Shown piece after piece: positions 25,587-36,704 of a DNA stretch of 40,636 nucleotides. The position numbers and the translations under genes are program-made. Positions within the stretch are counted from its first letter, which is position 1. Each line of letters opens with the position of its first letter. The stretch spans positions 79,891 through 120,526 of the forward strand of contig NMRA01000627.1 in NCBI GenBank assembly GCA_002633005.1, in the 5' to 3' direction. The DNA comes from Phoronis australis. Its lineage: Eukaryota > Animalia > Phoronida. Below the pieces are notes generated by a model, which saw nothing but the letters and a program-made list of their open reading frames with translations, had not been told where the DNA came from and did no database searches.

Positions 25587-27899
25587 ATGAAGACGGTATA
25601 CATCATTGCCTTGTTGATTGTCACCGTGATGTTCTCAGCTACGTGAGTGATTGTGTTATCCAGCAATATAAATATACCCAGGGAGCATGAAAGTCACAAT
25701 GCCTCTTTCGCTAACCCCCGGTTGGACGTTCCTATAAAATTTGATTTGTTGATTTGTTTACTATGTACATGCCAATTATCGTTTTGTAAACCTGACAGTT
25801 TTGAACCAATTTTTTTAATTTTAAAATCCAAGAGTGTTGCCAAAATGCGAAATCTAACAGAGTGTAGAGAGGTTATATAAGTGACTACTTAAACCAACAG
25901 TGAAGTAATTTCAATGATTCAAAACATTTCTGCCGTATCAAGACAAATAATTTTCAAATATGGACCCTTCACAGTTGCTGCAGATAATTTGGCAATCGTC
26001 TGATATACTATGATAACGTGCCCGCATTTTGAGAACCAGTTTGATGCCCGGGGGAAAACTGGTTCTCAAAATTCGGGCACGTACATCAGACCATTGTGCC
26101 AATAGTCAGGCATTCATCCAAAATTATACAAATGAGAATTGTCTATTGTCTACCCAGCTAATGGAAAACTGGTTCTCAAAATTCGGGCACGTACATCAGA
26201 CCATTGTGCCAATAGTCAGGCATTCATCCAAAATTATACATCATTAATAATTAGTTGTACCTGAGGTGCCGTTTGATAGAATTACATTCTTCATTAAAAA
26301 TTTAGGATCAACAAGTGCAGTTACTTTTACAAGAAACGTGATAGACTAATTACTCCAGCTCTTCGGTCGTACTAACACTATGAATATCAAAGGCCAGTGG
26401 GCCACATTGTCACTATAAGGCCCATACCAACACAACTGCGCACAGTATTAAAATGTAATGCTTGTGCCGACAACTGAGAATTCGTGCACTGTATACGTGA
26501 CTACACTCTATCACAGTGCTAAACTTTGCAGTATAGGTGGCGCTGTGTCAGAGGGTATATACGTGACTTCAGTCGCGTACGGGACTTCCGGTACCTCAAC
26601 AGCACCGCTATCCGACCATCCATCAAAACGATGTCAAGCCCTGTGTTGGCCTATTGTACTACGTTAGTAGTCAATTAGCCAGCTAGGTTGCAGAAATAAT
26701 GTTTTACACAAGAGATGCCACGTCAAAGCATTAGACACACCTACATGAAAACGATGAAGTTTGAGAGCTCCGCCCCTTCCGCAGAATTGTCTATTGTCTA
26801 CCCAGCTAACAAATGGACCAAACAGGGCTTGGCTTTGTTTAACTTACAATGTCATTGTTGTTGGGGTATACGGGTAGGTTTGTAGCTATGAAGTCACGTA
26901 TACCGTACACGTGTACTTGTCGGTACACACGTTACATTTTATTGCTATTGTGATGTTTGTATGTTTTTAGTTTTAGTCTCGCATGTACGATACTTAGACG
27001 AGAGTTGTAAGAAAACGTTGTTGTAATGCAAGCCGCCATATTGGAATAGATTTAGACTAGTTGTTATCATCATGAGCTGAGTTTTTATTCCTCTTACTAC
27101 ATAAAGTATAACAGCCAAGAGCAGTTATGCTAGTACGGCCTACTGTTATGACCCGTAAAGTAAGGGCATACTACGCCCCTGCACAACTACATGTAGATTT
27201 CTGAATTCAAACTGGCCGTATGTGACATCGATATTTTTCTAGATTCCAAGGTACCTAAACTACACGGTTAACGGACTCATAAACACGGTCACGGACGCAT
27301 GAACACGACTCACGGACCTGCAAACACCGTCCACTGACTCACAAACACGGTAACGGACTCGCAAAACATGATCCCTTCACCCACATACACGGGATATGGA
27401 CTCGTATTCACGAGGAACACGGTTAACGGACCGCCAAGCACGGGTCACGGACTCATCGGCTTCCTGGGTCAGCTGACCAATCTACATTTTGTCCATAAAC
27501 CGTAATTAGCGGTCCGTTAACCACGGTGTTTCTTCGTGAATGTGAATCCGTGTCCCGTGTATTTGGGTGAATGGGTCGTGTTGGTGAGTCCGTTCCCGTC
27601 TTTGTGAGTCAGTCCGCCGAGTCGTGTTCATGCGTCCGTGACCGTGTTTACCCGTTAACCGTGTAGCCAGTTTAGGTACCTTGGATTCGTTGTTTCACAC
27701 ATTTTCCCGCGGGCAATCCAATAAAAAAGGTCATTGTTATTTTAGCGTCACGGAAGCTAAGGTTTGCTGCGCTGATCCACCCAAGGCGGCCAAAGTCGAG
27801 CGCCGCACGATCAACACTGAAAAGAGATTCTTGGACGTCGAGAGAAATACAGACACCGATCTGCGCCGCAACGCACTTGTGCGGCCTACGCGGTATTGA
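25587..27899 (+). CDS. Small secreted prepropeptide A, join(25587-25642,27746-27899), 69 aa: MKTVYIIALLIVTVMFSATVTEAKVCCADPPKAAKVERRTINTEKRFLDVERNTDTDLRRNALVRPTRY
   Basis: Acceptor ccttttacag|25552; ATG at 25587 with A at -3; classic signal peptide; phase-2 donor AC|gtgagt matches the phase-2 acceptor gttattttag|C GTC; stop at 27899; AATAAA at 27966; a paralogue has the same structure. Confidence 0.8.
26016..26082. repeat. 67-bp hairpin mini-element (27-bp stem, one mismatch)
   Basis: ACGTGCCCGCATTTTGAGAACCAGTTT ... AAACTGGTTCTCAAAATTCGGGCACGT. Confidence 0.9.
26053..26240. repeat. Exact 78-bp direct duplication with a 32-bp spacer
   Basis: 26053-26130 equals 26163-26240. Confidence 0.95.
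26423..26963. mobile_element. MITE/foldback with long imperfect terminal inverted repeats
   Basis: TAAAATGTAA..TGTGCCGACAA..GTATACGTGACT versus AGTCACGTATAC..TTGTCGGTACA..TTACATTTTA; boundaries approximate. Confidence 0.55.
27246..27684. mobile_element. Foldback element with ~210-bp inverted arms built of AACACGGT(C/T)ACGGAC subrepeats
   Basis: Termini CCAAGGTACCTAAACT / AGTTTAGGTACCTTGG, with ATT on both flanks (possible 3-bp TSD). Confidence 0.85.
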
Positions 27900-27965
27900 G
27901 AGCGTTAATCAGTAAAACCTGTCCCTACATTGGGCCATAATCCAGACATGTGGAAATATACACTG

Positions 27966-27971
27966 AATAAA
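27966..27971 (+). terminator. Poly(A) signal of peptide gene A
   Basis: AATAAA 67 nt after the stop; its context is conserved with 39428-39433. Confidence 0.65.
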
Positions 27972-29354
27972 GAGACACAATGAGTACTGTAAACTTTTCT
28001 TTTCTTCTGTCATCATGAATTGCAAGAGCTGGTTGATTGCGACAAACTCGACCTCATTTATGATCGCCAGATTATTTGCTTTCCTCGCCTCTCTGGCCGT
28101 GATCCCATGCAGTGCCCAAAGCACCAGTTTAAGACTGAACACTGATACTCTAGTAAGCGTGTTTTCGTCACCTGCTTTTTGAGCTGTTGTAGCTAGACGC
28201 ACATTAGGAAATAGCAATAATAACTTAACGAGATATCGGCGCTAGGGTTTCCGCTAGAAGTTCTCCGATTCATTAATGTAATTTGAATGCACAAAATTAT
28301 GCAATCGTTCCACACCTAACACCGCGGCACTAAGAGGACGAGCTCAAACATTCAAGGTACCACGAAAACAATTCCATGTGATAGAGATCAAAGTAATGTT
28401 GCGTCATTCTCCTAATTTGGTTACAAAAAAGGTTTCGTCTTGAGAACTATAGTGTCGCTCGTTACAAACGCGGCGTTTTGCTAGTTTCTTGTCGATTCTT
28501 CACTAAAACCTCATAACAATAATACCGTGACGCTTTGAAATTTACACAACATCTGGAAAAAGAACAGTCACTGAGTTGTCGATAAAAAGGGATTGGCCAA
28601 TAAGTGGCGTTCCATGCCATGATCATGATCAATGAGACGAAGACAGCGTGTGACACACAATCCGGCATATTGGTGACGGGCGATGTGTAAACAAAAGCAC
28701 GCCGCCTTATGGAAGCCGGGAAATTTTCAGAATATAATTCGAAATTTTAAATACTAACGAGGTTTCAAAATATTGCAAACATAATGCAGTATAAACCCGT
28801 GATCCAGACATTGCTTTAACGGTCATATAAGTCATTTCGCTGACAAAATTCCTAATGCTTTGGCTGAAATTCTCAAGGAGTGCTAGGGCCTGTGAGGTGT
28901 TGTCGGTTCAGTCAAAAAGATAATCACTGACATTTAGACATTTTATAAAGTTTGTAAAATATTTCCTTCATACTACTTGGGAATATACACCCATTAACCT
29001 TTAAAATTGCATAGAACCTATTTTCTAGTTGTTTATAAACCGACAAGACGGTCATCTGTCTGGGGGCCACTCACCCGCGTGCCATTAAATCACTGCATTG
29101 CAAAGCATTTAGTCTGGGCTTGTAATGGAGCTGATTTTTTGTCAGCGTTAGTTCATCCTGTAGGTCTACACTAAATACCTCCAAAAGGCTCACTCAGCTA
29201 AATTTGCCTGAACTTTCATAGATCTAAATTAGTTAAAGTCCTTCTCTCACGCGTTGTTAACCCTTATTACATGGTTAGAGGATGTTATAAGGATTCAAGA
29301 AGTACCTACTCCATAACTAATACACGATCCGTACTCCACAAAAAGGTTTAAATG

Positions 29355-30318
29355 CATAGGCGGATTTAGGGGGGGGGGNCCCTTGGCTGGCGCAAAAAAA
29401 AATTAAAGCAGCAAGAGCGTAGGGAAACGTTAAGTTTATTAATTTGCTCCGGTAATTAAAATTATACGGATGAAAAAAGATTTAAATGTGTGCAGTTTTA
29501 GTGTTGGGGGGGGGCTCAAATCCAATTTCAAGTGTCAAATTCGGAACACGGCGCATTCGTAACGGAACTATGGCTAAGTATAAGCACTCCCGCGATATCC
29601 CAGGCGACCGGCAGTGGCGCTGCGCACTACGACTCCGTTTCCGTCGTCTGCTCCACTGTGCAATGGAGAAAATTTACTTCATTTTTTAAAGAAAATGGAA
29701 CCTGAGTGACGATGAAAAAGCAGAAGCTGCTGGTAAGATGTGAATTTTAATCGAAGCCTTAGTGAATCACTCCGAAACTTTGTCAAACTTTAACTTAAGA
29801 CGATTTCCAAAGCAATCCTGTCATTATTGCCAACACGAAAAACAGATTTTGTCTTTTGGGCATTTGAAGACTATTTTAAATACAACAAATTTGTTAAGAA
29901 CCGATTGCTCAAAATATAAAACGTGTAATAAGCATAACAAAAAGAAGTAGGTTTCGCGCGCAAACGCTGTGAACCATAAACAAGTAGGTCTCTTAGCATA
30001 GATGCTTTACTGAAATCGTGGTGGTGTAGTGGCAAAGCACGCGCGTCCTATCACTCAGGTTCTGAGTTCGAGCCAGTGAAAGTCGCAATTTTTCCTGTTT
30101 TTTTTTCCTTTTTTCTTGGATAATACATCAGAAATCAAGGAAAGTGCTTGATTTTTAGAGGAAAAAACAGAAACATTTCCTGGGCGGGAGGGGGGCAAAC
30201 CCCCCCTCCCGACCTCCCCCCATTCGGTGTTATGCGCATCTACAATCGTGGTTGGCGCAAATGCTTACAGCAGGACAAGATGTTGGGCCCCCCTTGTGAT
30301 ATCCTAGATCCGCCACTG
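29355..30318. mobile_element. Non-autonomous hAT-like element
   Basis: Imperfect TIRs CATAGGCGGATTTAGG / CCTAGATCCGCCACTG of the same type as 16765-19462, with G/C-run subterminal sequence; TSD only partly matching (TTTAAATG/TTTACTCA). Confidence 0.55.
30015..30115 (+). other. tRNA-like Pol III unit (pseudo-tRNA or SINE head) with poly-T terminator
   Basis: A box TGGTGTAGTGG (30022-30032), B-box-like GAGTTCGAGCC, followed by T runs; no convincing cloverleaf. Confidence 0.45.
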
Positions 30319-30502
30319 TTTACTCACTTTTGTTTGGATATCAGTTGTCGCTGTTTCCAGTTTGTCAATTCGAAGACCCAACGCTGTGCCAATGTCGTCC
30401 AATTTTTTGTTCAGCGCACTTTCCAAGTTCAAAACAAAGGCTTTAATTTCGTCTAAATCCGTTGAAGCTGACACTGGCGCACTATGCGTGACCGTTCCGT
30501 AT

Positions 30503-30895
30503 TTAGATGTTGAACAGATTAAGCAAGTAGGAACTTGAAACGTTATTCATGTAACTTAAAAATGATGTGGTGTCGCATTGTGACAGTTGTGGAATAAATT
30601 GGATCCTCAAGTGATCATACAGAAAGCATCCTGTTAAGAAGTGAAATTCGTCTTCAATTTCATACAAATTGAATCTCTTGAAATGTTTGCACAGCCTTAG
30701 TTCTCTATCTACTCTTCCTCGCGCCAACTCGATTTCATGAGTATGAGAACAAAATATTGTCTGTTAGTTATATACCTGCGAATCTCACCACTTTCAGATA
30801 TGGAGCAACATTTAAGTACTTATCTAACACAGCAAAAAGTACAAGTTTACAACTATTTCGAACTTAACGATCCCATTCCTGGAAGGCGCAGTTCT
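30503..30895 (-). mobile_element. 3' fragment of a LINE ORF2 (C-terminal CCHC-like region, RTE-X/CR1 group)
   Basis: IELARGRVDRELRLCKHF...EIEDEFHFLTGCFLYDHLR matches the pattern IE.GR...R..RLC..C...IEDE.HFL..C..Y..LR. Confidence 0.8.
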
Positions 30896-32752
30896 TAACA
30901 CTCTNGCCGGAAATGTGGGTACGGAAATAACCGATGACAACCGGTAATCATACGCTCAGAGAGAACGGTCAAGTACTGTTCAAAAATCGCTTTTGGCAAG
31001 AAAGGCGAAAAGAATATAAAGAAAGGGTGTCGAAAATAAGATTTTATGTAGTAAGTATTTTCGGATACTGGAACCACATGGGCAGTTTGAGAGAAGGACA
31101 TTAAGTGAGATTTCGAACAGCACTGCCAAAGAGTATCTTTGGCACTGCTTCGACGGTCTGAAGTCAGAGGTCGAAATATGCATTTGCACGGACCCAATTT
31201 CCCGAAAGGTGATTGGAATTTTCTACTTCAGATTATACCAAGGAATAATAATTACACCGATATGCAGACGTTTGCCGATCTAGAATTTTTTTCTTCTATT
31301 CCATTACCAGAACGGGTACTGTTGCTGCAATTTGACGTACCCTCACGATGAGTCAGGGCACCTCGGCCGAGAGATGCGACGTATTCACGGACATATGATA
31401 ACATTAAATACCAATCGTCATATGCAAAGAGCAGATAAAATTTGGAAACTAGATAATTAAGTTTGTATCAAAAGAACCAACATGAGAATCAAAAACAATC
31501 AAACAATATAACACAGCTTTTACTTTCACGGTGACACTATAACGTTTTCAAGGACATGGCCGTCATTGAGGAGTCGTTCCTCAACTGATGCACAATGAAC
31601 TGGCGTCACGAAAATAGACGGGAAAAGTCAATGATTTTCTGATCTCAGTCGAGGTACAAAATTGGTCTCAAAAAGCTTTTTAATTTGATATTATAAAGGA
31701 GGTAAACATTATGGCATGTTACTCATTACTTGATATATATTATCAAGATTCTGAACTAGATATGGCTTTGAGGTTACTCAAAAGCGTTTCCATACAATCA
31801 ACATGCACCTGGGGTCTAAAATGTCTTTCGCCAAAAATGTGCTAGGTGGAGCACGGCAGAAGCCATGAAAAAAAACTCACTCACGTCACGTTTCTAGAAA
31901 TTTGACCGGATAAAATGTTTTAAACAAACAGCTGCTTCAAACAGGCAAGGGCTTCCTGAAAATTTGAATTGAATGACTGAAAAATATGCGTGTGAAAAAT
32001 AACAAATCGCTTTGTCAGTCGAAGTTGATGGGATTCTCAAATTAAATCAGACCTTTCCTGTCACATCTGCTTCCAATCGGTGTCAGTGAAATACAAAGAG
32101 GACAAACTACAACGATGAAACGTTAGATGTTCGAAATCCCGACTGCTCATACGTCTAAATACAACAAAACGTCCAAAAGCAAATGTGCAAATCTCAATGC
32201 GCATGCCTCACATAACCTCATGGATTGAACATAAAAACTTCTTAAATTATATCATTGAAATTTTTACGCAAAAATGTATCATATTCATTACACCATATCT
32301 TAAATGTTAATTGTCATCTAGTGTTTGATATTACTTTATTTCTGTTTCTGTTGACAAAGGACGTTATTACATCCGAAAATTTCAGTTGATCAATTCTTGT
32401 TGTTTTATTTACCTATTTATATTCTACAAATGTATCAAGAAATGGTAGGACAATATTGTATTGACCAGTTACAGAACACTCAGTATTCCACGTTATACTC
32501 CTGTAATTGTAGCGAGAGATGACGATAACATAGTTGCTAGGGTAGTCGATGCGAATATAGGGAGCGCTGAATCAGCACGACTTGCCGTGGATTTGCATTT
32601 CACATCATAACTGAAGTGTTCCATAGCAACTCGAGTACGATTCTCAGATTTGAGTACGCGTTTGGAGTCTACTCGAAATGTGACATTAAATACGCTTTTT
32701 CGAGTAGGCCTGCGACTCCAGTGAGCGGGACGAAATCTCGTCTTGGTCTGAC

Positions 32753-33130
32753 GTTCGAATCGATTAAGCCCGGCTTCAATGTAGGATATTAGCAGCTCGA
32801 CAGATTATATCAATGTTAAACACCATGTTTTTGTAGCGACTATGCATGAATTTTTCGGGTAAACGTCAGTAATCGAACAATATGCTGGAGATACGAGGGG
32901 TTCGAATAGACTAAGATCGGCTTCAATGTGGGATATAAGCAGCTTGATAGATTATATACATGTTAAATACCATGTTTTTGTACCCATTGTGGATTCATTT
33001 CTTTGAGGACACGTCAGTAATCGAATAATTTGCTGCAGATACGAGTAGGTTCGAATAGATTAAGATAAGTATAGAGTGGGTATTCGCTGTTTGGTAAATT
33101 ATATAAGTGACCAACAAATTGTTTCTACAC
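32753..33130 (+). repeat. ~148-bp tandem repeat, 2.5 units, ending in the gene B core promoter
   Basis: Units start GTTCGAAT at 32753, 32900 and 33049. Confidence 0.85.
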
Positions 33131-33165
33131 ACTGACTTGAAACTAGTTGCGACAATTTGGTAAGT
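33100..33165 (+). promoter_or_regulatory. TATA box, non-coding exon 1 and splice donor of peptide gene B
   Basis: TATATAAG at 33100-33107; ...GCGACAATTTG|GTAAGT (donor 33160-33165); homologous to 21436-21504. Confidence 0.62.
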
Positions 33166-36100
33166 ATGTTCTTCTAGATTTTCGAAATAATATTCCTTTG
33201 TATATGTGTCGACTATCTGTCAGTGGCGACAACAAAGGTGTACTGAAATCCCAGATTCGCGGTCCATTGTTCTGTTGGACAGGTCAATGAGTGAGTGAGA
33301 AGACTAAAATGTTACACTCTTCTCAGTCCTATCATGCAAGTGGACTTGGATAGTAAACGCTACGAACAAGACACCTATTTTGATCAATGATATCAGTTCT
33401 CTGACAAAGATTTTTTTCAGTACCTTACAACGAAAAGAACTGATTTTTTTTGTTTTTCAACATCAAAGCTGAGGCCAGAGAAATCGTCAAACATGAGGAC
33501 ACTTAGAGATGTTTCGAACTATCTCAACACTATTAGTTGACAATCAGAGTATTGGGGCAATAAGTTCTGTAACCGCAGAAGACGCGTATTTGTAAGAAAT
33601 TTGATTCACTTTTTTTAGAAAATGTTTAATTTTGTCTGCACTTTATAAAAATACCCGTAAACTGCCTCAATTCTTGTGAACGATAATTAACAAAGCTGGT
33701 ATTTGTAGGCAGTCAAAAGAATTATGAAAAACTCAACTATAAGTCCTTTTAAGCCAAACGGCAGTTCCAAGAAACTGACTAAGTTCACTTTTGACTTAAG
33801 CCCAAAATTTGTTTCAACCTTCAAGCTTTGAAACTTGCACATCTGGTATGATTCAAGACAAACTGAATACGAAATGTAAATAAAAAAACTATCAAATCAA
33901 ACTCAAGATCTCTTTCGGACTTTGGACAAATTCAGGTTTCATCTTAATTAAGACTTAGGATTTGTCTTAGCTAAGCAAGTGTTCTTGCATAGAGCGATAG
34001 GACTCTTTAGTTTCCATTTTTTAAAGAGTTGCCGACTTCCTCGCCAAAAAACTTAACTCTTTTTTTCATTTTCAACCAAAAAGAGTATATTACTTCTTTA
34101 CCGTCATGAATTGTCCAAGCTATGTAAAGATTTACATAACTATCGCACGTCATTTGAATAATTTCAGGCTCTTGGTGCATTTTATATGGCGTGATTTCTG
34201 GATGATATGTATGAATTCACCGTGTGTTTCCTTAGGGCAATGACATATGGATGAGACTTGTCTACCTTCCGCCCTTGTTGCTTTGTACCAGATTATAGAG
34301 CAGTGAAGGCCCCATTTCCTTCGCTCAGTAAACTGAGAGACGATCGTTCTCAGCAAACCCGTGTTCGCATTTCTACCTTTCCTAATTCATCAATTTCGTG
34401 CAAAACCAAAACCTCTGATCTGTCCACCTGTTTTTCAAAACAGAAAACGAAAAGTTTCCGCCCCGAAACTCCACTGAAAGTAATTAATCATTAAAACAAA
34501 ATACGTAGCTATGTAGACACAATGTTATACATGTAGATGTATTGCACTTGAACGTAATATATTCTAAATAGCTTAATTTACAATGGCTAATTGCTCTCAA
34601 TATTCAAGAGAAATTGTCAATTATTGAAAGGATTTTCCGACAGAACAGCTCTAAAAATTACTCGAGACACGTTTGGAAAGAAGTACATACTGTACATGTA
34701 CCAATGTATTTTTTCAGTTATGATAAGTGGTAAGCAATTAGAAAACACAACAGACATTTCTCTAAGTCACTTTATGGTTAAATATGACTAAATTGGGTAA
34801 GGAATATCGATATAAATTGTTCACTTTAGATACAAAAGTTCGATCAAATTCAACGAAACTAACGATTCTGTATGTTATAAAAACGGATAACGAACTCCTA
34901 TCTATGAATGACAATCGATCAGCTATTTATAATTTCTTAATTTGCAACTCAATGCATCTGACAATCACACGCAAGAAATTTGAAGAATACACCAGAACCC
35001 ATGAAAATCGTCTGCATTAAATCTTACGACGGAACCACGATACCTTAAGTACAGCCCAGAGCATCATGCTTGCAAACCGCAACATCCTAGGTACGAATCA
35101 CAACATCACACGTACAAATAAAAATCACCTATCCATACGCAAAGAATGATTTTCACATGATTCTTACGAATAACACTAAGATCGCCAAGTCTGGATTTTC
35201 TTCTAACGGTTGATCGGCTTTTCGACTCGTCATCGCATGTAGGATCTTTTGCTCACTTGCATTATTCTGTTGTCTGCGCATGATTCAAACGGCTGATACA
35301 GGGATTGTGAAGTACAGTACATGTACAATATGAAATGATGTGAGGACGAAAGTCTGGTGTGTTACCTTCTATCGATTTCCTAATATTTTGTAACGAATAG
35401 CATTCTCCGTCAAATGTATATCTCACGTACATAGAAAGAAATTTATTAATAAACATCACAAACCCCAATATATCGTATTCTTGCGAACTTTCGCCGAGAT
35501 TTTGTATTTTACCAGACCACCACCACTACGTATACACAATCGCATTGCCTGCCAGTTAATGCGTGAGTTGCATGTAAAACACAAAGTTCTTATAGAGATT
35601 TCAGATGTATCACAACACAAATTTGTTTTAAGGTCATATATATGTAGTATCGCTTTCCATAGGATTTTTTCTGGGATTATGCGCCAAGAGTTCGCATTAA
35701 TCACAACACGAATCAAAATCAGAGACCCAACTCCTTGAAGGAAGGATGTCAAAAAGCTTTGATAATATCACACGAACGATTACAATTAGCGTGAAGCTGC
35801 ATTTTGCTCTATTTAGAGGGGATAAAAATGTAAGATTTTCAACTTCCACGATGACATACATGTACGTGCATGCAGTGCCTGTTGGTTTGTGTATCGGGAC
35901 TGGAATGCTCTCATATCAACCATTATCAAGAGGGCGGTTTTGATGAGAATGAAAGGCCTCTTTTCATCCAGTTTAACAAGGTGAACTGTAGCTATAAAGT
36001 GTATGTGTGTATGATACTTAACACTGTCCATGACACTGAAAATGCCATGATTCTTTTGCAGCCTGAAATATTGCCATACGAGCCAAGCCCACTACAATGA

Positions 36101-36466
36101 AGCCAGTATATATCATTGCCCTTGTGATTGTCAGCGTGATGTTCTCGTCAGCTTCTTGAGTGATTATGTTGATCCGGCAATGTACCCTCACTTTGCAATA
36201 AAGTTGTAATTCCTTCTTCGCTGACTCCTAACGTCCAGTTCCAACATAACCCGCTCTTACTTTACTCGCCTCCTTAACTTGGTTCTTGAGTGCGTTGGTC
36301 ACGATCCTACTACGAACGCTACAAATCTCATAGCTTCCTAATTGGCGCAGCCACCTCTGTGTCGCTACCCTGCAAATTCCCGACTCCACCACCCAACGTA
36401 TAGGTGGCTGGAAGCACGAAGGGCTCAGGAACTACAATTCGTCTCCCATCCTTACACTTCCCACCA

Positions 36467-36704
36467 GGAGGCAGTGCGGCCTGATTGATAAGTGCCCGCT
36501 TTCTTTACTCGAGGTCGTGGGTTCGAGTCCCACAATGTCACACTGCTAAACCCTTGAGTCAGGTTTCTAGCTCCTCAGATTCGGTTTTAACTACATATTA
36601 ATAAAGCTTAAAAATCGTTCCAGGTGATTAGTGTAATGGGCCCACATGTGACGCATGCGCACGTCTGGTACAGCGTGTACCAGACCGCCTACAATTGTAT
36701 TTTT
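36467..36704 (+). mobile_element. tRNA-derived SINE, copy 2
   Basis: Collinear with 10341-10578; B box GGTTCGAGTCC; perfect 10-bp 3' stem GTCTGGTACA-GCG-TGTACCAGAC (36663-36685). Confidence 0.85.

Noticed and set aside
27759-27800. Calling peptide A a conotoxin
   Set aside because: Only two cysteines and no recognisable framework; the resemblance is limited to CC-x-x-P.
32530-32632. RFX X-box-like sites (GTTGCTAGGG, GTTCCATAGCAAC) upstream of gene B
   Set aside because: Imperfect, no counterpart seen upstream of gene A, and such strings are common in repeats.
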